Made by a program: the position numbers and the translations under genes
The notes under the pieces: model-generated
Told to the model about the DNA's origin: nothing
Database searches by the model: none
What the model saw: only the letters and a program-made list of their open reading frames with translations
Shown here: in pieces, positions 9,660 through 19,959 of the stretch
Layout: every line of letters starts with the position of its first letter
Position numbering within the stretch: position 1 is the stretch's first letter
Source of the DNA: a virus
Taxonomy: Duplodnaviria; Caudoviricetes
IMG/VR virus record: IMGVR_UViG_3300030095_001401
Span: 1 to 35,073 of that record
Strand: one strand, 5' to 3'
DNA length: 35,073 nt

Positions 9660-11904
9660 TTTCTAACTCTTCTTTAATTCTTTGTATTTCTTGACGTTTA
9701 ATATCTAACAATTCTTCTCCAGTAATTACAATTTCTGAACCATTGTTATCATTTACTTCTACATATCTATCTACAGTAAACTCATCACTACTATCATCAA
9801 ATACACTAATTTGATATAACATAATATTTTCATCAGTATTATAAACATACATTGGTATTGCAAAATAATCTTTACCTAATGTACCAGTAACTCTTTCTGT
9901 ATTACCTGTACCAGTCATGTATACACTACCATTATTACCTCTGACTTTATTTTCTATATATTTTTTTATGTAATTAGAATTTTCTCCATCAAAACCTTGA
10001 TTAAAATAATTTTCATAGGGCGTACCTGTTAAGTCATAAGCTTCAAGATCAGATCGTTTGATAGAATAAACTCTATCTATTGGCATAGCTACAGCATGAT
10101 TTTGTCCATCTCCTGTTATAGGTATCATTGCTCTACTAAAATTAGAAAGTTGTATTCTGCTTTCATCTCCAGTTGCATTATCTAAAAAATAAGGCATTGC
10201 TTGTTTTGCTAATTTTATTAAATCAGCACGTTTAGTTGTGTTATCTTTTAACACCAAGTCTTTAATCATAATTTGATTACTAAGAAAACCTTGTATATCT
10301 AATACTAAAGTATCTGGAAACGATGCAAGATTACTATCTTTAACAGCTGCATTAGCTAATGATGCTACATATTGATTACCTGATTCATAAGTTTGATCGT
10401 CGATATAACCTACTCTTTTAGCTAGATTCATTATTGATTCTTTACTTTTTATATCATTATGCATTTGTGTAAATTTTTCGAAGTTAAATTTACCTGTTTC
10501 ATCAAAAGACATTTCATATGCAGCATTTATTCTAAATATTTTTCTAACATCTCTTAGATTTAATCCTCTTAATTTTGTATTTGTACCTCTTTCATCAAAA
10601 TACTGTTTTATATTTAAGATTGATTCTAATGATCTTTCGCTTATAACATTATTATTCAAAGCATTTCTTACTAAATCATTTGCTTCTGTTGGCAAACGTC
10701 CAAAAGCACGTAATGTATATTCTTCATATGTACCAATAAATGGATCATCTTTTCGTAGCCTTGAGTACTCATTAAATATTTCTTCAGATGTTGATTTGTC
10801 TCTAAATAAAGTATCAAGCTTTTGATCTGAAAGTTTTGACATATTATATGACCAAGACTCATCATCTTTGTTCAATCTAAAATCTGTCATATATGTTTGT
10901 AAATTTTGATTATTAATTACAGCACTAGTTTCAGCACTAATATATTTTTTTCTATTTTTTAAGACATTAAGGATTCTTTTATTAACCGATGGATCAGAAA
11001 AAAATTTTCTTTTTTCTTCTTTGGAAAAGAATGTATCGCCTGGTTGAATAATGCCATTTTCAATTGCTTGCATTAAAGCTTTTATTTTTTGCGCTTTGTT
11101 TATGTTTCTATTTTTATCATCATTAATTAATTCTTCTGGAAATCTATTTCTTATAAACGTTAATGATTCTAGATATAAATCATAATCAGCAATATCTTTT
11201 AACTTTGCTTCACGTATTTTTGGACTAAGATTCATTACAGCTTCTTTGTATTCTTTTGAAAGATTAGAATCAGATGCTCCTGTCATTATAATGTTGCGTG
11301 ATTGTTCATTATAGTTAGAAAATTCAATGTCATTCAAACTATTTGTATTATCTATTGCTCTCTTTTTTTCGTAAGAATTAATAACATCATATTCAAATCT
11401 ATTTAATTCAGCCCCAGCATGTATTTGCATAACGGTTTTAAACTTTGGTTCATATGCTTCAAAAATATTATCAAGATAATCTATAGATTGATTTCTAAAT
11501 TCTTCTGGTGTTCTACCATCAATTTTTGCTCTAACAGCAAATTCTTTAATTTTAGCTGATATATCTTTTTTGCCTTGGAATTCATAAAGTTTATATATTT
11601 GTTTTTCAAATGTATCTTGTCCTGTTTTGCCTAAATAATCAGGTACTTTTGGTAAGACTGGTATTTCTACGCCGCTTTCTAGTGTTTTATAAACGAACGT
11701 AGTATCTTGTGCTGCTTCTAATCCTAACTTTTTACCTTGTTCTTGTAGTCTTGTTAACTCATTTTGTGACAAAGTTTCAACTAGATTATCAAAACTATTA
11801 GCATCTTGTTTAACTTCAGCAGCAGCAAAACTTCTACCCTCTCCTCTAGCAATACCTATTTCATTTAAAAATTTTTGTGATCTTTCGTATTTTTTTATTG
11901 CCAT
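9649..11904 (-). CDS. Internal virion (ejection) protein, positional equivalent of T7 gp15
   Basis: 751 aa, helical; assigned by synteny. Confidence 0.65.
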   Translation of the reverse strand: MAIKKYERSQKFLNEIGIARGEGRSFAAAEVKQDANSFDNLVETLSQNELTRLQEQGKKLGLEAAQDTTFVYKTLESGVEIPVLPKVPDYLGKTGQDTFEKQIYKLYEFQGKKDISAKIKEFAVRAKIDGRTPEEFRNQSIDYLDNIFEAYEPKFKTVMQIHAGAELNRFEYDVINSYEKKRAIDNTNSLNDIEFSNYNEQSRNIIMTGASDSNLSKEYKEAVMNLSPKIREAKLKDIADYDLYLESLTFIRNRFPEELINDDKNRNINKAQKIKALMQAIENGIIQPGDTFFSKEEKRKFFSDPSVNKRILNVLKNRKKYISAETSAVINNQNLQTYMTDFRLNKDDESWSYNMSKLSDQKLDTLFRDKSTSEEIFNEYSRLRKDDPFIGTYEEYTLRAFGRLPTEANDLVRNALNNNVISERSLESILNIKQYFDERGTNTKLRGLNLRDVRKIFRINAAYEMSFDETGKFNFEKFTQMHNDIKSKESIMNLAKRVGYIDDQTYESGNQYVASLANAAVKDSNLASFPDTLVLDIQGFLSNQIMIKDLVLKDNTTKRADLIKLAKQAMPYFLDNATGDESRIQLSNFSRAMIPITGDGQNHAVAMPIDRVYSIKRSDLEAYDLTGTPYENYFNQGFDGENSNYIKKYIENKVRGNNGSVYMTGTGNTERVTGTLGKDYFAIPMYVYNTDENIMLYQISVFDDSSDEFTVDRYVEVNDNNGSEIVITGEELLDIKRQEIQRIKEELENAD

Positions 11905-12500
11905 TATGATTTCTTCTTGGGTGGATTATTAAATTCTGATGTAAGTTTTGTTATTCTGTTTATGCCTGTAACTGTAGTTTGTAAAACTTCTGGTAATGGA
12001 TCTACAGCTTCTTTAGCAATACGTGCATCTTCTGATAAATCAAATGATTTCATTTGTGATTCTAAACTTCTAAAACCTAAAGCACCTAAGTCATCTTTAA
12101 ATGCACGTCTAGACGCTAATAGTATATTATTAAATGAACCAGAATCCTGTGTAGCTCCTGTTGATGCCATATCAACTGTCTGTTTGCTAGACATTGCTGC
12201 ATACTTTCTTTTTAAATCATTTTGTTCTTGTAAGTCTTTAATTGCTTGTTCTTCTCTTTCTCTTGCATAACGTATTTGTTGTTCATTAAATTTTGCTTTT
12301 TGTATATCTGCTGCTCTTTTTTGTGCTTGTCCTTGAGCATAAGTATTAGCTACGTTCATTCCAACATTTGATGCAAATGAAATTAACGAAGCAGAAGTTC
12401 TTACAAAATTACCAGCGTTAATAAGAGCAACACTATTAGTTGCTCCACCCAATGCAGTTATTTGTGTTCCTAAATAAGCAATAGTAGTAGGTTCACACAT
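11904..12500 (-). CDS. Internal virion protein, T7 gp14-like
   Basis: MCEP start, hydrophobic N-terminus, Gln/Ala coiled coil, ASTGATQDSGS motif; follows nozzle gene. Confidence 0.75.
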   Translation of the reverse strand: MCEPTTIAYLGTQITALGGATNSVALINAGNFVRTSASLISFASNVGMNVANTYAQGQAQKRAADIQKAKFNEQQIRYAREREEQAIKDLQEQNDLKRKYAAMSSKQTVDMASTGATQDSGSFNNILLASRRAFKDDLGALGFRSLESQMKSFDLSEDARIAKEAVDPLPEVLQTTVTGINRITKLTSEFNNPPKKKS

Positions 12501-14980
12501 TAGTAATATATCTCCGAGGTTATTGCCAATATCCTCAATGGTAAAGGTACTGACTGTGTTATTGTCATATTTGGTTCATCACTATATCCTAGAAAAAATA
12601 CAGTTTTTTTACCAGTAAAACTAGCAATAGTATCTGCGTTATTAAGATCAGATACTGTTGTTATAATTACATCATTAGAATTAACTTGTGCATTGTATGA
12701 ATTTGACATTTCTATTACAGCTTTAGCAATCTTTCTAGGATATGCAGTCAAAGGAGATTTACCTCCAGATATCTCTACTACTGAATCAACAGGCAAAGTA
12801 TCTATTTCTAAAGTATAATCAATCCCTATATCTAGTGCAGATGCCACGCTATCCAACACGACAACACCGCCGCTAGTAACAGTACCATCTCCATAATAGT
12901 TAATATTACCTCCCTCTGTAGTACCAGAAGTACCATATACTTTTAATCCTCTCATATCAGGAGCTGAATTCAAGCCTGACCAAGTTTTAGAAAAAGTAAA
13001 TCTAAGCTCAACATTGTTAGATGTGCTGACAGCAGCATTAACCGTAATGTTATATTCTCCAGAGACACCTGTAGCAGTTGCAGCATTAATTGTATATTCT
13101 GTGCCTGTACCAGCAAATTGAAATTTTTCTCCTACTTGAGGAGCATTAGTAAATCCATCTGCTATAAAGCCAGTCGAGCTACTCGTAGTGCCGTTGGTCA
13201 AGGGGGACCCATGTGGTTGGTAGCTCGCTGACAATGTTTTAGTACAAGTCATATCTGTAGGTATATCATATACAGTTGATGATATTTGTTCTAAATAATA
13301 AACTGTGGCTGAGTTAATAGTTCTTTTTACAGAAACATAGATATTACTTGTTGTACAAGCGATAGATTCATAATTACCTGTAGTATTCCAGGATACCCAC
13401 CCAGCTATTTTTTGCGCTCTTTGTATAGAATAAACAGCAATAGTGCCATCATCATTTATAAAAAAGTAAAATTGTTCTGTTCTATTAGGAAATGAAGAAA
13501 TTACAGCAGTATCAGTAGGTGTAGATATTAAATGTGCAGACTCTATACTAACAGGTGCGCTTTGAAATTCTTCAAGACCAGAATTATAAAGATACTCTCT
13601 AACTGTTCTACCATTACTTTGCACAAACAATGATGAAGAATCAAATAATCTTGGCATAGCTTGTTGTGTAACACCATAAGATGACTGTCTTACTAATTGT
13701 ATATCTACCGGTGTTATAGGTTTTGATACTTGTGCTTTTAAATAAAACTCAGATGTATTTGTAAGTATTTCTAAAACCTTACCAGACCTAATATGTCTTA
13801 TTTCATTTATTTCATCTGATGCTATTTGTATTTGTACTGAATCTGCATCATCTGAATCGCCAACATCAAAGTTAAAAAACTGTGCTGTTTTACTACTTTG
13901 TATTCCATCTGGTAAATTTTTAACACCACCAAAAAATAATCTTTGTTCATGGAATGATGTAGCTTTTGGATAACCATTAATATCAGAAAACACTTGTTCA
14001 TCCCAGTTTCTTGTTGGAGGATGACCAACAATTGTGACTCTTACACCGCCGCCATCTACAGATTCTGTAGCTGTATCACTACCGCCAGCTGTAAATTGAT
14101 AATGATCATCATCTACAACAGTAATTGTTCTAGCGCCATTTAAATTGCTAGCTGCTAAACCATTACCATCGCTGTCAAAAATATCTTCACTACCACCTAT
14201 TGTAAGAGAAGCTCCAGTAGAAAATCCATGGGCTACATGAGTTACTGTTATTGTACCTGTGCCTTGTGCTACAGCAAATGGATCTTCATCTAATATCATT
14301 TCTGGTACAGATTTTAACGTTGCTGTAACTGTAGTAGCGTTTGTATAGGCTGTAATAAGCAATTCTGCGCCCATATATCGTATTCTGGTACCAACATAGC
14401 TTGATGTAAAATAATCAGCAGAAGTAGTACACGTAACGTTTGTATCGTCTTTTGTTACTGAATTAATATCTAATGTAATAGTATCAGCAGCAAATTTAAA
14501 ATATGGCTGATATACTTTCTCTCCATTAATACTGCTGTCAAATGCAAAAGTTGTAAGCGTAAATGTTGTTGCCCCTGTTCTTGTAATTACTCTTGGCATA
14601 AAATCTTCATGTACCACAATCATAGTGTCGCCTTGTTGTGTGTAGTTTAATTCAAATAAATTACTAGTTGTCCAAGGACATGAAGTTATAGTTTGCAATA
14701 ATGTACCGTTTGTTGAATATATCTTTAATTCTGTGTTTTGAAATGCAAAGATATACTCTTGATTCTCAGAAAAAATAAACGTTTCTAGTCTTGATGATGC
14801 TCCAAGATCAGCACGATAAACAGATCCTGGTCTTCTTTCTACACCACCTTGGTTATTTACTATTACATTTCTTGCTTTTTTTAATGCTGATCCATAAGTT
14901 TGTATATCAGCTCGTGCTATAAGTTTCGGATCTATCTCCCCTTTATTAAAATTTGATTGAGTAATTCTAGCAATTGGCAT
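12500..14980 (-). CDS. Tail tubular protein B (nozzle, T7 gp12-like)
   Basis: QSNFNKGEIDP, GGVERRPG, GYP...FHEQRLFFGG, C-terminal QSVPLPLRILAI. Confidence 0.9.
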   Translation of the reverse strand: MPIARITQSNFNKGEIDPKLIARADIQTYGSALKKARNVIVNNQGGVERRPGSVYRADLGASSRLETFIFSENQEYIFAFQNTELKIYSTNGTLLQTITSCPWTTSNLFELNYTQQGDTMIVVHEDFMPRVITRTGATTFTLTTFAFDSSINGEKVYQPYFKFAADTITLDINSVTKDDTNVTCTTSADYFTSSYVGTRIRYMGAELLITAYTNATTVTATLKSVPEMILDEDPFAVAQGTGTITVTHVAHGFSTGASLTIGGSEDIFDSDGNGLAASNLNGARTITVVDDDHYQFTAGGSDTATESVDGGGVRVTIVGHPPTRNWDEQVFSDINGYPKATSFHEQRLFFGGVKNLPDGIQSSKTAQFFNFDVGDSDDADSVQIQIASDEINEIRHIRSGKVLEILTNTSEFYLKAQVSKPITPVDIQLVRQSSYGVTQQAMPRLFDSSSLFVQSNGRTVREYLYNSGLEEFQSAPVSIESAHLISTPTDTAVISSFPNRTEQFYFFINDDGTIAVYSIQRAQKIAGWVSWNTTGNYESIACTTSNIYVSVKRTINSATVYYLEQISSTVYDIPTDMTCTKTLSASYQPHGSPLTNGTTSSSTGFIADGFTNAPQVGEKFQFAGTGTEYTINAATATGVSGEYNITVNAAVSTSNNVELRFTFSKTWSGLNSAPDMRGLKVYGTSGTTEGGNINYYGDGTVTSGGVVVLDSVASALDIGIDYTLEIDTLPVDSVVEISGGKSPLTAYPRKIAKAVIEMSNSYNAQVNSNDVIITTVSDLNNADTIASFTGKKTVFFLGYSDEPNMTITQSVPLPLRILAITSEIYY

Positions 14981-15592
14981 CTAAGATGATACTGTCGCCT
15001 TTATTGTTCCTAAAGGTCCAGCATTCCTCCTATTCCTAAATCTTGTAGTGTCTACTTTTCTTGTAGTTTGTGCTTGTGAATCTTGCGCTCTTGCTATTGC
15101 TAACTGTGCGATAGCACGTTGTTGATATAATTGTGATAATTTATCATTCCTTGCTATTGCTCCAGCAAATAGTGATGCAAGTTCGAATATTAAAGCTTGT
15201 TTGAAATATGGAGGAAAGTTAGCTTCTGATGGTTGAAATGTATAATCAGCTACTACAGTATCGCTAGATGATGCATCACATAATATATCTGATTCATATC
15301 TGTCAAATTCTATAACATTATCATTGACTGTTACTGTATGTATTAATAATGTTCCAGATGGTACAGCATATTTAGCAGACCATCTTGCTGTTGGAGCCGA
15401 AGCATTCCTTGATAATTGTGCTTGTTTTGCTGAGAATCTCCATCTGGATCTTGTTAACATATTCTCCAAAGTAGATTCATAGAGTTGATTAGCTACTTTT
15501 GATTCAGTAGTATTTTCGGAAAAAGACGTTATTGTATTAGCACCTACTAATACTAAAGCCTTACTACATATATCAAATTTACTATCACTCAT
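14981..15592 (-). CDS. Tail tubular protein A (adaptor, T7 gp11-like)
   Basis: DICSKALVLVGANTITSF, WRFS, FPPYFKQALIFELAS. Confidence 0.9.
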   Translation of the reverse strand: MSDSKFDICSKALVLVGANTITSFSENTTESKVANQLYESTLENMLTRSRWRFSAKQAQLSRNASAPTARWSAKYAVPSGTLLIHTVTVNDNVIEFDRYESDILCDASSSDTVVADYTFQPSEANFPPYFKQALIFELASLFAGAIARNDKLSQLYQQRAIAQLAIARAQDSQAQTTRKVDTTRFRNRRNAGPLGTIKATVSS

Positions 15593-15602
15593 AATTTAAA
15601 GT

Positions 15603-15637
15603 GGGGGAGAGAAGATAAACAAGGTAAACTCTCCCCC
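15603..15637 (-). terminator. Stem-loop after capsid/decoration genes, probable partial terminator
   Basis: GGGGGAGAG / CTCTCCCCC 9-bp stem with 17-nt loop; weak U-tract (ACUUUAAAUU) on the minus strand. Confidence 0.6.
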
Positions 15638-15644
15638 TGAAACA

Positions 15645-15893
15645 TTATGTTCCGTTCGCTGTGGTTACAGTTGCTGCTCCTGTTGCAGATTTAATAATTA
15701 CAACATCTACAGTTTGAGTTCCACCAGTAGAACCTACACATAAGATAATGTCGTATTGTTTTAAATCATCAGTTGAGCTATTAAAATAGCCAGAGCCAAC
15801 AATTGTACTAATAGCGTCAGTACTTTGGTAAACAAAGAGATTTTGATTACCAGCACCAGCTATCTTTTTTAAGTTAGTTGCATCTAATGCCAT
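15645..15893 (-). CDS. Small capsid-associated (decoration-type) protein
   Basis: Start revised to MALDAT at 15893 (AAGGAGG RBS); 82 aa, beta-rich, SGYFN motif; directly after capsid gene. Confidence 0.7.
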   Translation of the reverse strand: MALDATNLKKIAGAGNQNLFVYQSTDAISTIVGSGYFNSSTDDLKQYDIILCVGSTGGTQTVDVVIIKSATGAATVTTANGT

Positions 15894-15903
15894 GATATCC
15901 TCC

Positions 15904-16728
15904 TTATTCTGTGATCTGACATTCAATTGCGCCGTCGTTGTCAATCATGACAGCTCCAGCACTAAAGTATGACGTAATCAAGTTACTGACCTTTTCAGGT
16001 ACATAGTTCATTTCCGTTCTTACATCTGAACCAGACGCCAAACCTACCGATGACATATGGTAAGCGTGACAATCTCTAGTGGTACTAGATAAAGAAAGTC
16101 CCGAATGTGTAAACCACAAGAATCCTAACCAACGTTTAGCAGTCATGCCACCAGCGTAAGGTAAATCTTGTTCTCCCACATATTCTGCTCTACTGAATTG
16201 ATCTATTTGTAATAAATCAGCCCAGCCAGCAGGCGAAACAACAAAGTATCTTTGTCCATCATCTGGAACATCAGCTTCACCAAACGTTTCATACACAGTT
16301 AGTGCTTTAGCTAATGTTAAAGCAGCTGATCCATGTACAATGTTTGCTGAGTTAGATCCAGCATCAAGAACATCAATAATTAATTGGTCCATTTTACGTC
16401 CTAAAGCAGCCGCAGCAGATGTAGCTAACACTTGTCTTTCGTCGATGTTAGTTTTAATTTCATCTAAGTTGTCGACATAGTCGGCAGCATAGAAATCAGC
16501 TAAAGTGACATCTACTGTTGAATGTGTTATCTCCATAGTGTTGACTTGTCCGTGTCTAGATTTAGTAGACGCCGCACCTTTGCCAACTTTCTGGAATCTT
16601 GCTTGGTTGCCCGAAACGTTATTAGATTGGCGTACAGTATTACGCAGTTTGCTTCCCATCCTCTGATAAGCCATGTGGACTTCGGCTTCAAACTGCTTAA
16701 TAAACGCATTGCTAATTTGCGTAGCCAT
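15904..16728 (-). CDS. Major capsid protein
   Basis: AFIKQFEAEVHMAYQRMGSKLR, AAALGRKMDQLII, KRWLGFLW; GGAGG RBS. Confidence 0.93.
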   Translation of the reverse strand: MATQISNAFIKQFEAEVHMAYQRMGSKLRNTVRQSNNVSGNQARFQKVGKGAASTKSRHGQVNTMEITHSTVDVTLADFYAADYVDNLDEIKTNIDERQVLATSAAAALGRKMDQLIIDVLDAGSNSANIVHGSAALTLAKALTVYETFGEADVPDDGQRYFVVSPAGWADLLQIDQFSRAEYVGEQDLPYAGGMTAKRWLGFLWFTHSGLSLSSTTRDCHAYHMSSVGLASGSDVRTEMNYVPEKVSNLITSYFSAGAVMIDNDGAIECQITE

Positions 16729-16763
16729 ATTAAGCCTCCAAATTGTTAATTGTTAAACTAACA

Positions 16764-16805
16764 GTTGTCCTTTTCTAGCTTATCTCGGTTGTCCAAATTG
16801 GACCG
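16764..16805 (-). promoter_or_regulatory. Putative structured leader element upstream of capsid gene
   Basis: GGACAAC twice on the minus strand (16788-16794, 16764-16770); the first lies in bulged hairpin CGG-UCC-aauuu-GGA-caa-CCG. Confidence 0.35.
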
Positions 16806-17302
16806 ATATCCCCTAAAACGGGCTGTATATTTTTAGATACATTAGGTATCTTCTTATAAAAATACATTAATTCTATATCTTTGACAATAATATTCTTACT
16901 TTTAAAGCTAAAACCTAGCCATTTTAACCATTTTATATTGTTTTTATGTTCTTTTGTTATGTAATTGTATACATATTCATAGTCTGATAAGAAATAATTA
17001 CACCATTTTTTAGTTCTTTTAGAAAAATAATACCAATTTTTGTCTAGTTCTTCTGAAGATAACATCCAAACTGAGCCATGTTTTAAGTTATATCTATTAG
17101 AAACAACACCAAACATAGCAACAACACTACCATTATCAAGAACAGTATAAGTATTTACATTAGGTCTGGTAAATCTAAAAGGATTTATTAAAGCATCTAA
17201 TGGTGTATGATTATTGAGAGCAATTTCATATTTGTCTAATTGACGTAGTTTGAACGCCAGCTCGAAAGCATGAGCTGGTGTTCCTTTTTCAACATAAAGC
17301 AC
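16775..17302 (-). CDS. GNAT-fold protein, T7 gp13/DUF2833-like
   Basis: VVAMFGV, GSVWMLSS, YNYI...NIKWLKWLGF. Confidence 0.78.
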   Translation of the reverse strand: MLYVEKGTPAHAFELAFKLRQLDKYEIALNNHTPLDALINPFRFTRPNVNTYTVLDNGSVVAMFGVVSNRYNLKHGSVWMLSSEELDKNWYYFSKRTKKWCNYFLSDYEYVYNYITKEHKNNIKWLKWLGFSFKSKNIIVKDIELMYFYKKIPNVSKNIQPVLGDIGPIWTTEIS

Positions 17303-18084
17303 TAAATACTTCCTACAGTATTCAATCTACTCCATGCTGCATCTACTTTTTTTACAAAATCAGGGTCTCTATGTCTTGAATCATAATACCTTTTATCATT
17401 CATCATAGCTTTAACGTCAGTAACAGTAAGTTCTCTTTGAGGTTGCGCTACTGTATCAGCACTACTAACAGAGGATTTTGTTAAATTTATTATTTTTTCT
17501 AATATACCTATGCCTATGGCATTAGTTCCTAGAGTTGTATTAATAATCTCATTTTCTTCTGGAGTAAAGTTAGAATTTGTAAATCCAGATACAGCATCTA
17601 GCCTAGCATTCGCATTTTCTCCTAGTTTTTTGACTTCTTCATCTACATTAGGCTGATTTCCCAGCATCAAATCAACATATTGATTAATTCCATCTTCAAA
17701 TTGATCTTGATCTAAGCCCATATCATGACATTTATTTCTCCACCAACCTGTTAATGGGTTAGCTTCTACCATTTCTTCAGTTACACCCTCTACCAATTTA
17801 GGTAAAGCATATGCTTCTGCATTTTCTGGTAAATCTGCAATTGCTTCAGTCTGTAAATCTTTTAAGACTTCTTCTCTTAGTTCTTCTTTTTTACCAGTAG
17901 ATAATTTTTCTACATGATTATAAGATTTTACTAAATCTTCTACTCTTACTTGACCTGTTTCAGTATTCCAAAACTTTTCTGGTACTTCTTCTGGTCTTTC
18001 AGGTATTGTTTCACGTGAAACATCATTTTGTGCCGGTTGTTCTTGTGTTACTTGTTCAGTAACTGGTGCTTGTTCTTCAGCCAT
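17302..18084 (-). CDS. Capsid scaffolding protein
   Basis: Acidic; RPEEVPEKFW, LVKSYNHVEK, C-terminal MMNDKRYY...DPDFVKKV; between portal and capsid. Confidence 0.88.
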   Translation of the reverse strand: MAEEQAPVTEQVTQEQPAQNDVSRETIPERPEEVPEKFWNTETGQVRVEDLVKSYNHVEKLSTGKKEELREEVLKDLQTEAIADLPENAEAYALPKLVEGVTEEMVEANPLTGWWRNKCHDMGLDQDQFEDGINQYVDLMLGNQPNVDEEVKKLGENANARLDAVSGFTNSNFTPEENEIINTTLGTNAIGIGILEKIINLTKSSVSSADTVAQPQRELTVTDVKAMMNDKRYYDSRHRDPDFVKKVDAAWSRLNTVGSI

Positions 18085-18364
18085 TTTTACTCTCCTTTAC
18101 CATGTTTTGACTTACGCCTTTGTTAACTCTTCTTTGAATAAGACCAACTAAATATCTCTGTCCCTCTAGATGACGTAGGTGTTGATCCGATATTTCAGGA
18201 CCAGCTACTGCTTCTAGTGTCAAAGCCTTTAGATGTTTGAGGATTTCAGAACCGCCCGCTGTGTTGAACATTTTGTAAAACAAAGTATTTAAGTTCTCCT
18301 CGGCTTCTGGTGGACGTTTGATTCCATCCAATCCAATAAGCGTACTGGGCTTTTTCTCTGTCAT
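18077..18364 (-). CDS. Conserved podovirus protein between portal and scaffold (Bbp19-like)
   Basis: F.T..G..IL..L and LRHLEGQRYLV motifs; synteny. Confidence 0.75.
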   Translation of the reverse strand: MTEKKPSTLIGLDGIKRPPEAEENLNTLFYKMFNTAGGSEILKHLKALTLEAVAGPEISDQHLRHLEGQRYLVGLIQRRVNKGVSQNMVKESKNG

Positions 18365-18372
18365 ATTAACTC

Positions 18373-19959
18373 CTATTGTTCAGGAGGCGTTTCCTCCTGT
18401 GCTTGTTGCATTTGTTGTTGTTGCATCATCTGTTGCATTTGTTGTGCAGCAGCTTGCATTTCTTCCTGTGAACGTATAAGTTCTTCAGGAATCCCTAACT
18501 TTTTAGCTACATATTTAGCAACTTCATCCTGTTTTATTAGAATATTAGTAAGTTCTGGACCTACTCTGCCTTGTATCATAGCTAAAAATCTGTCAATGGT
18601 AGCCACATCTTGTTGATGTTGTGCTTGTGCTAACGGGCTAGAAGATTGTATTTTAATCTCTCTACCATTTATTGTAGGTACTTTTATCCTACCTTGCTTT
18701 TTAAGAATATATACTACTCTTTGTAAAACAGGAGCTACCATTTCTGACTGCAATCTGCCAAAAGCAGCACCTATTTGTCTTGATAAATCTGCTTGTCTTT
18801 CAGCTACTTCAGTAGCAGACATAGGAGTTTTTTCATTCGGATTGCCTAACATATCATTATATAAGGCTTTCTTAATATTGGTTCTCATATCTCTTAATAC
18901 TAAATCAGAAATATTAAAATTACCGGCTGGAGCTATTGGTGTTAATCCTTGCGATCCAGCTGCTTTTGGAATAACCGTCCCTGGTATTAATTGAATGTTA
19001 TCAACATTAATTACTCCATCATCTTCTACTTGATACATACCTGAGATTGCCATTTGAGCGTTCTCTAATATTAATTCTACAACTAAGTTAGCTGTTTTAA
19101 TTGCTGGTAAAGCTAATTGCAATGGTCCTCTGCCGTAAGTTTCTCCAGAGCATTTGCTCCATCTGTAAACAATATAAGGATTTGAGCCAAGTCCAGTAAA
19201 GTCTTCTTCGTATAATTTAACTTCATGTTCTTTGTGTATTACACAAAATCTGTACTCTTCTTCTTTAGTATTAAAGTAATTTCTATATACCACTTCAATT
19301 ATTTCACAATCTTTATCTGGTGCTTGCTGAATATCCATTACTAATTTATCTTCAAACTTTGCGCCTGGATATGCTACTGATAATTCTTTAGCTTTTATTT
19401 TTCTTCTTCTAAAGACATGGTCAACTTTATCGTCGTGACCAGATGTTAGATAAACATGAGGTAAAGGAATTGATTTAAATACTATTGGATTTGTCGCATC
19501 TCCCTCCTCTACTAATAAAACAGCTGTTCCAAGTGCTATGTCTAAAAATGATTCATGTACTTCTTGAGAAAAATTTGAGTTTTGTAATATTTCAAATACA
19601 TACTCAGTTACTTGATCTAATAAAAGATTTGCATCTTTTTGTAATTCTTTAGGAATTTCTGTGCCAGCTACAAAATCAGCCCATCTAGCATAGTTTGGTA
19701 CAATTCCAGATTGTAATCTTGAGGCAAACTCTTGTACGCCTACCACTGCTGTCTCATCAAATATGCGGTCTGTTCTTCTTCTGCCTGGAGTTTCTGTAAA
19801 GAAACTTTCTCTTTGTGGTAAAGCATATTCATAACACTCTTCAAATGTGCTAGTCCATTGATCCTTTACTTGTCTTGCATATTCATATCTCTTAAGTAAT
19901 TGTTTTACTGGAGATTGTGAATAATCTATTTGTTCTGTTTGTATTTTTTCAACTGGCAT
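18373..19959 (-). CDS. Portal (head-tail connector) protein
   Basis: EECYEYALP, IFDETA, RWSKCSGETYGRGP, MSATEVAERQ, FGRLQSE; Gln-rich tail. Confidence 0.95.
   Translation of the reverse strand: MPVEKIQTEQIDYSQSPVKQLLKRYEYARQVKDQWTSTFEECYEYALPQRESFFTETPGRRRTDRIFDETAVVGVQEFASRLQSGIVPNYARWADFVAGTEIPKELQKDANLLLDQVTEYVFEILQNSNFSQEVHESFLDIALGTAVLLVEEGDATNPIVFKSIPLPHVYLTSGHDDKVDHVFRRRKIKAKELSVAYPGAKFEDKLVMDIQQAPDKDCEIIEVVYRNYFNTKEEEYRFCVIHKEHEVKLYEEDFTGLGSNPYIVYRWSKCSGETYGRGPLQLALPAIKTANLVVELILENAQMAISGMYQVEDDGVINVDNIQLIPGTVIPKAAGSQGLTPIAPAGNFNISDLVLRDMRTNIKKALYNDMLGNPNEKTPMSATEVAERQADLSRQIGAAFGRLQSEMVAPVLQRVVYILKKQGRIKVPTINGREIKIQSSSPLAQAQHQQDVATIDRFLAMIQGRVGPELTNILIKQDEVAKYVAKKLGIPEELIRSQEEMQAAAQQMQQMMQQQQMQQAQEETPPEQ

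Noticed and set aside
15894-15944. T7 gp10A/10B-style frameshift fusing capsid to the next ORF
   Set aside because: The open overlap is in the +1 frame, no slippery heptamer is visible, and the downstream gene has its own AAGGAGG RBS
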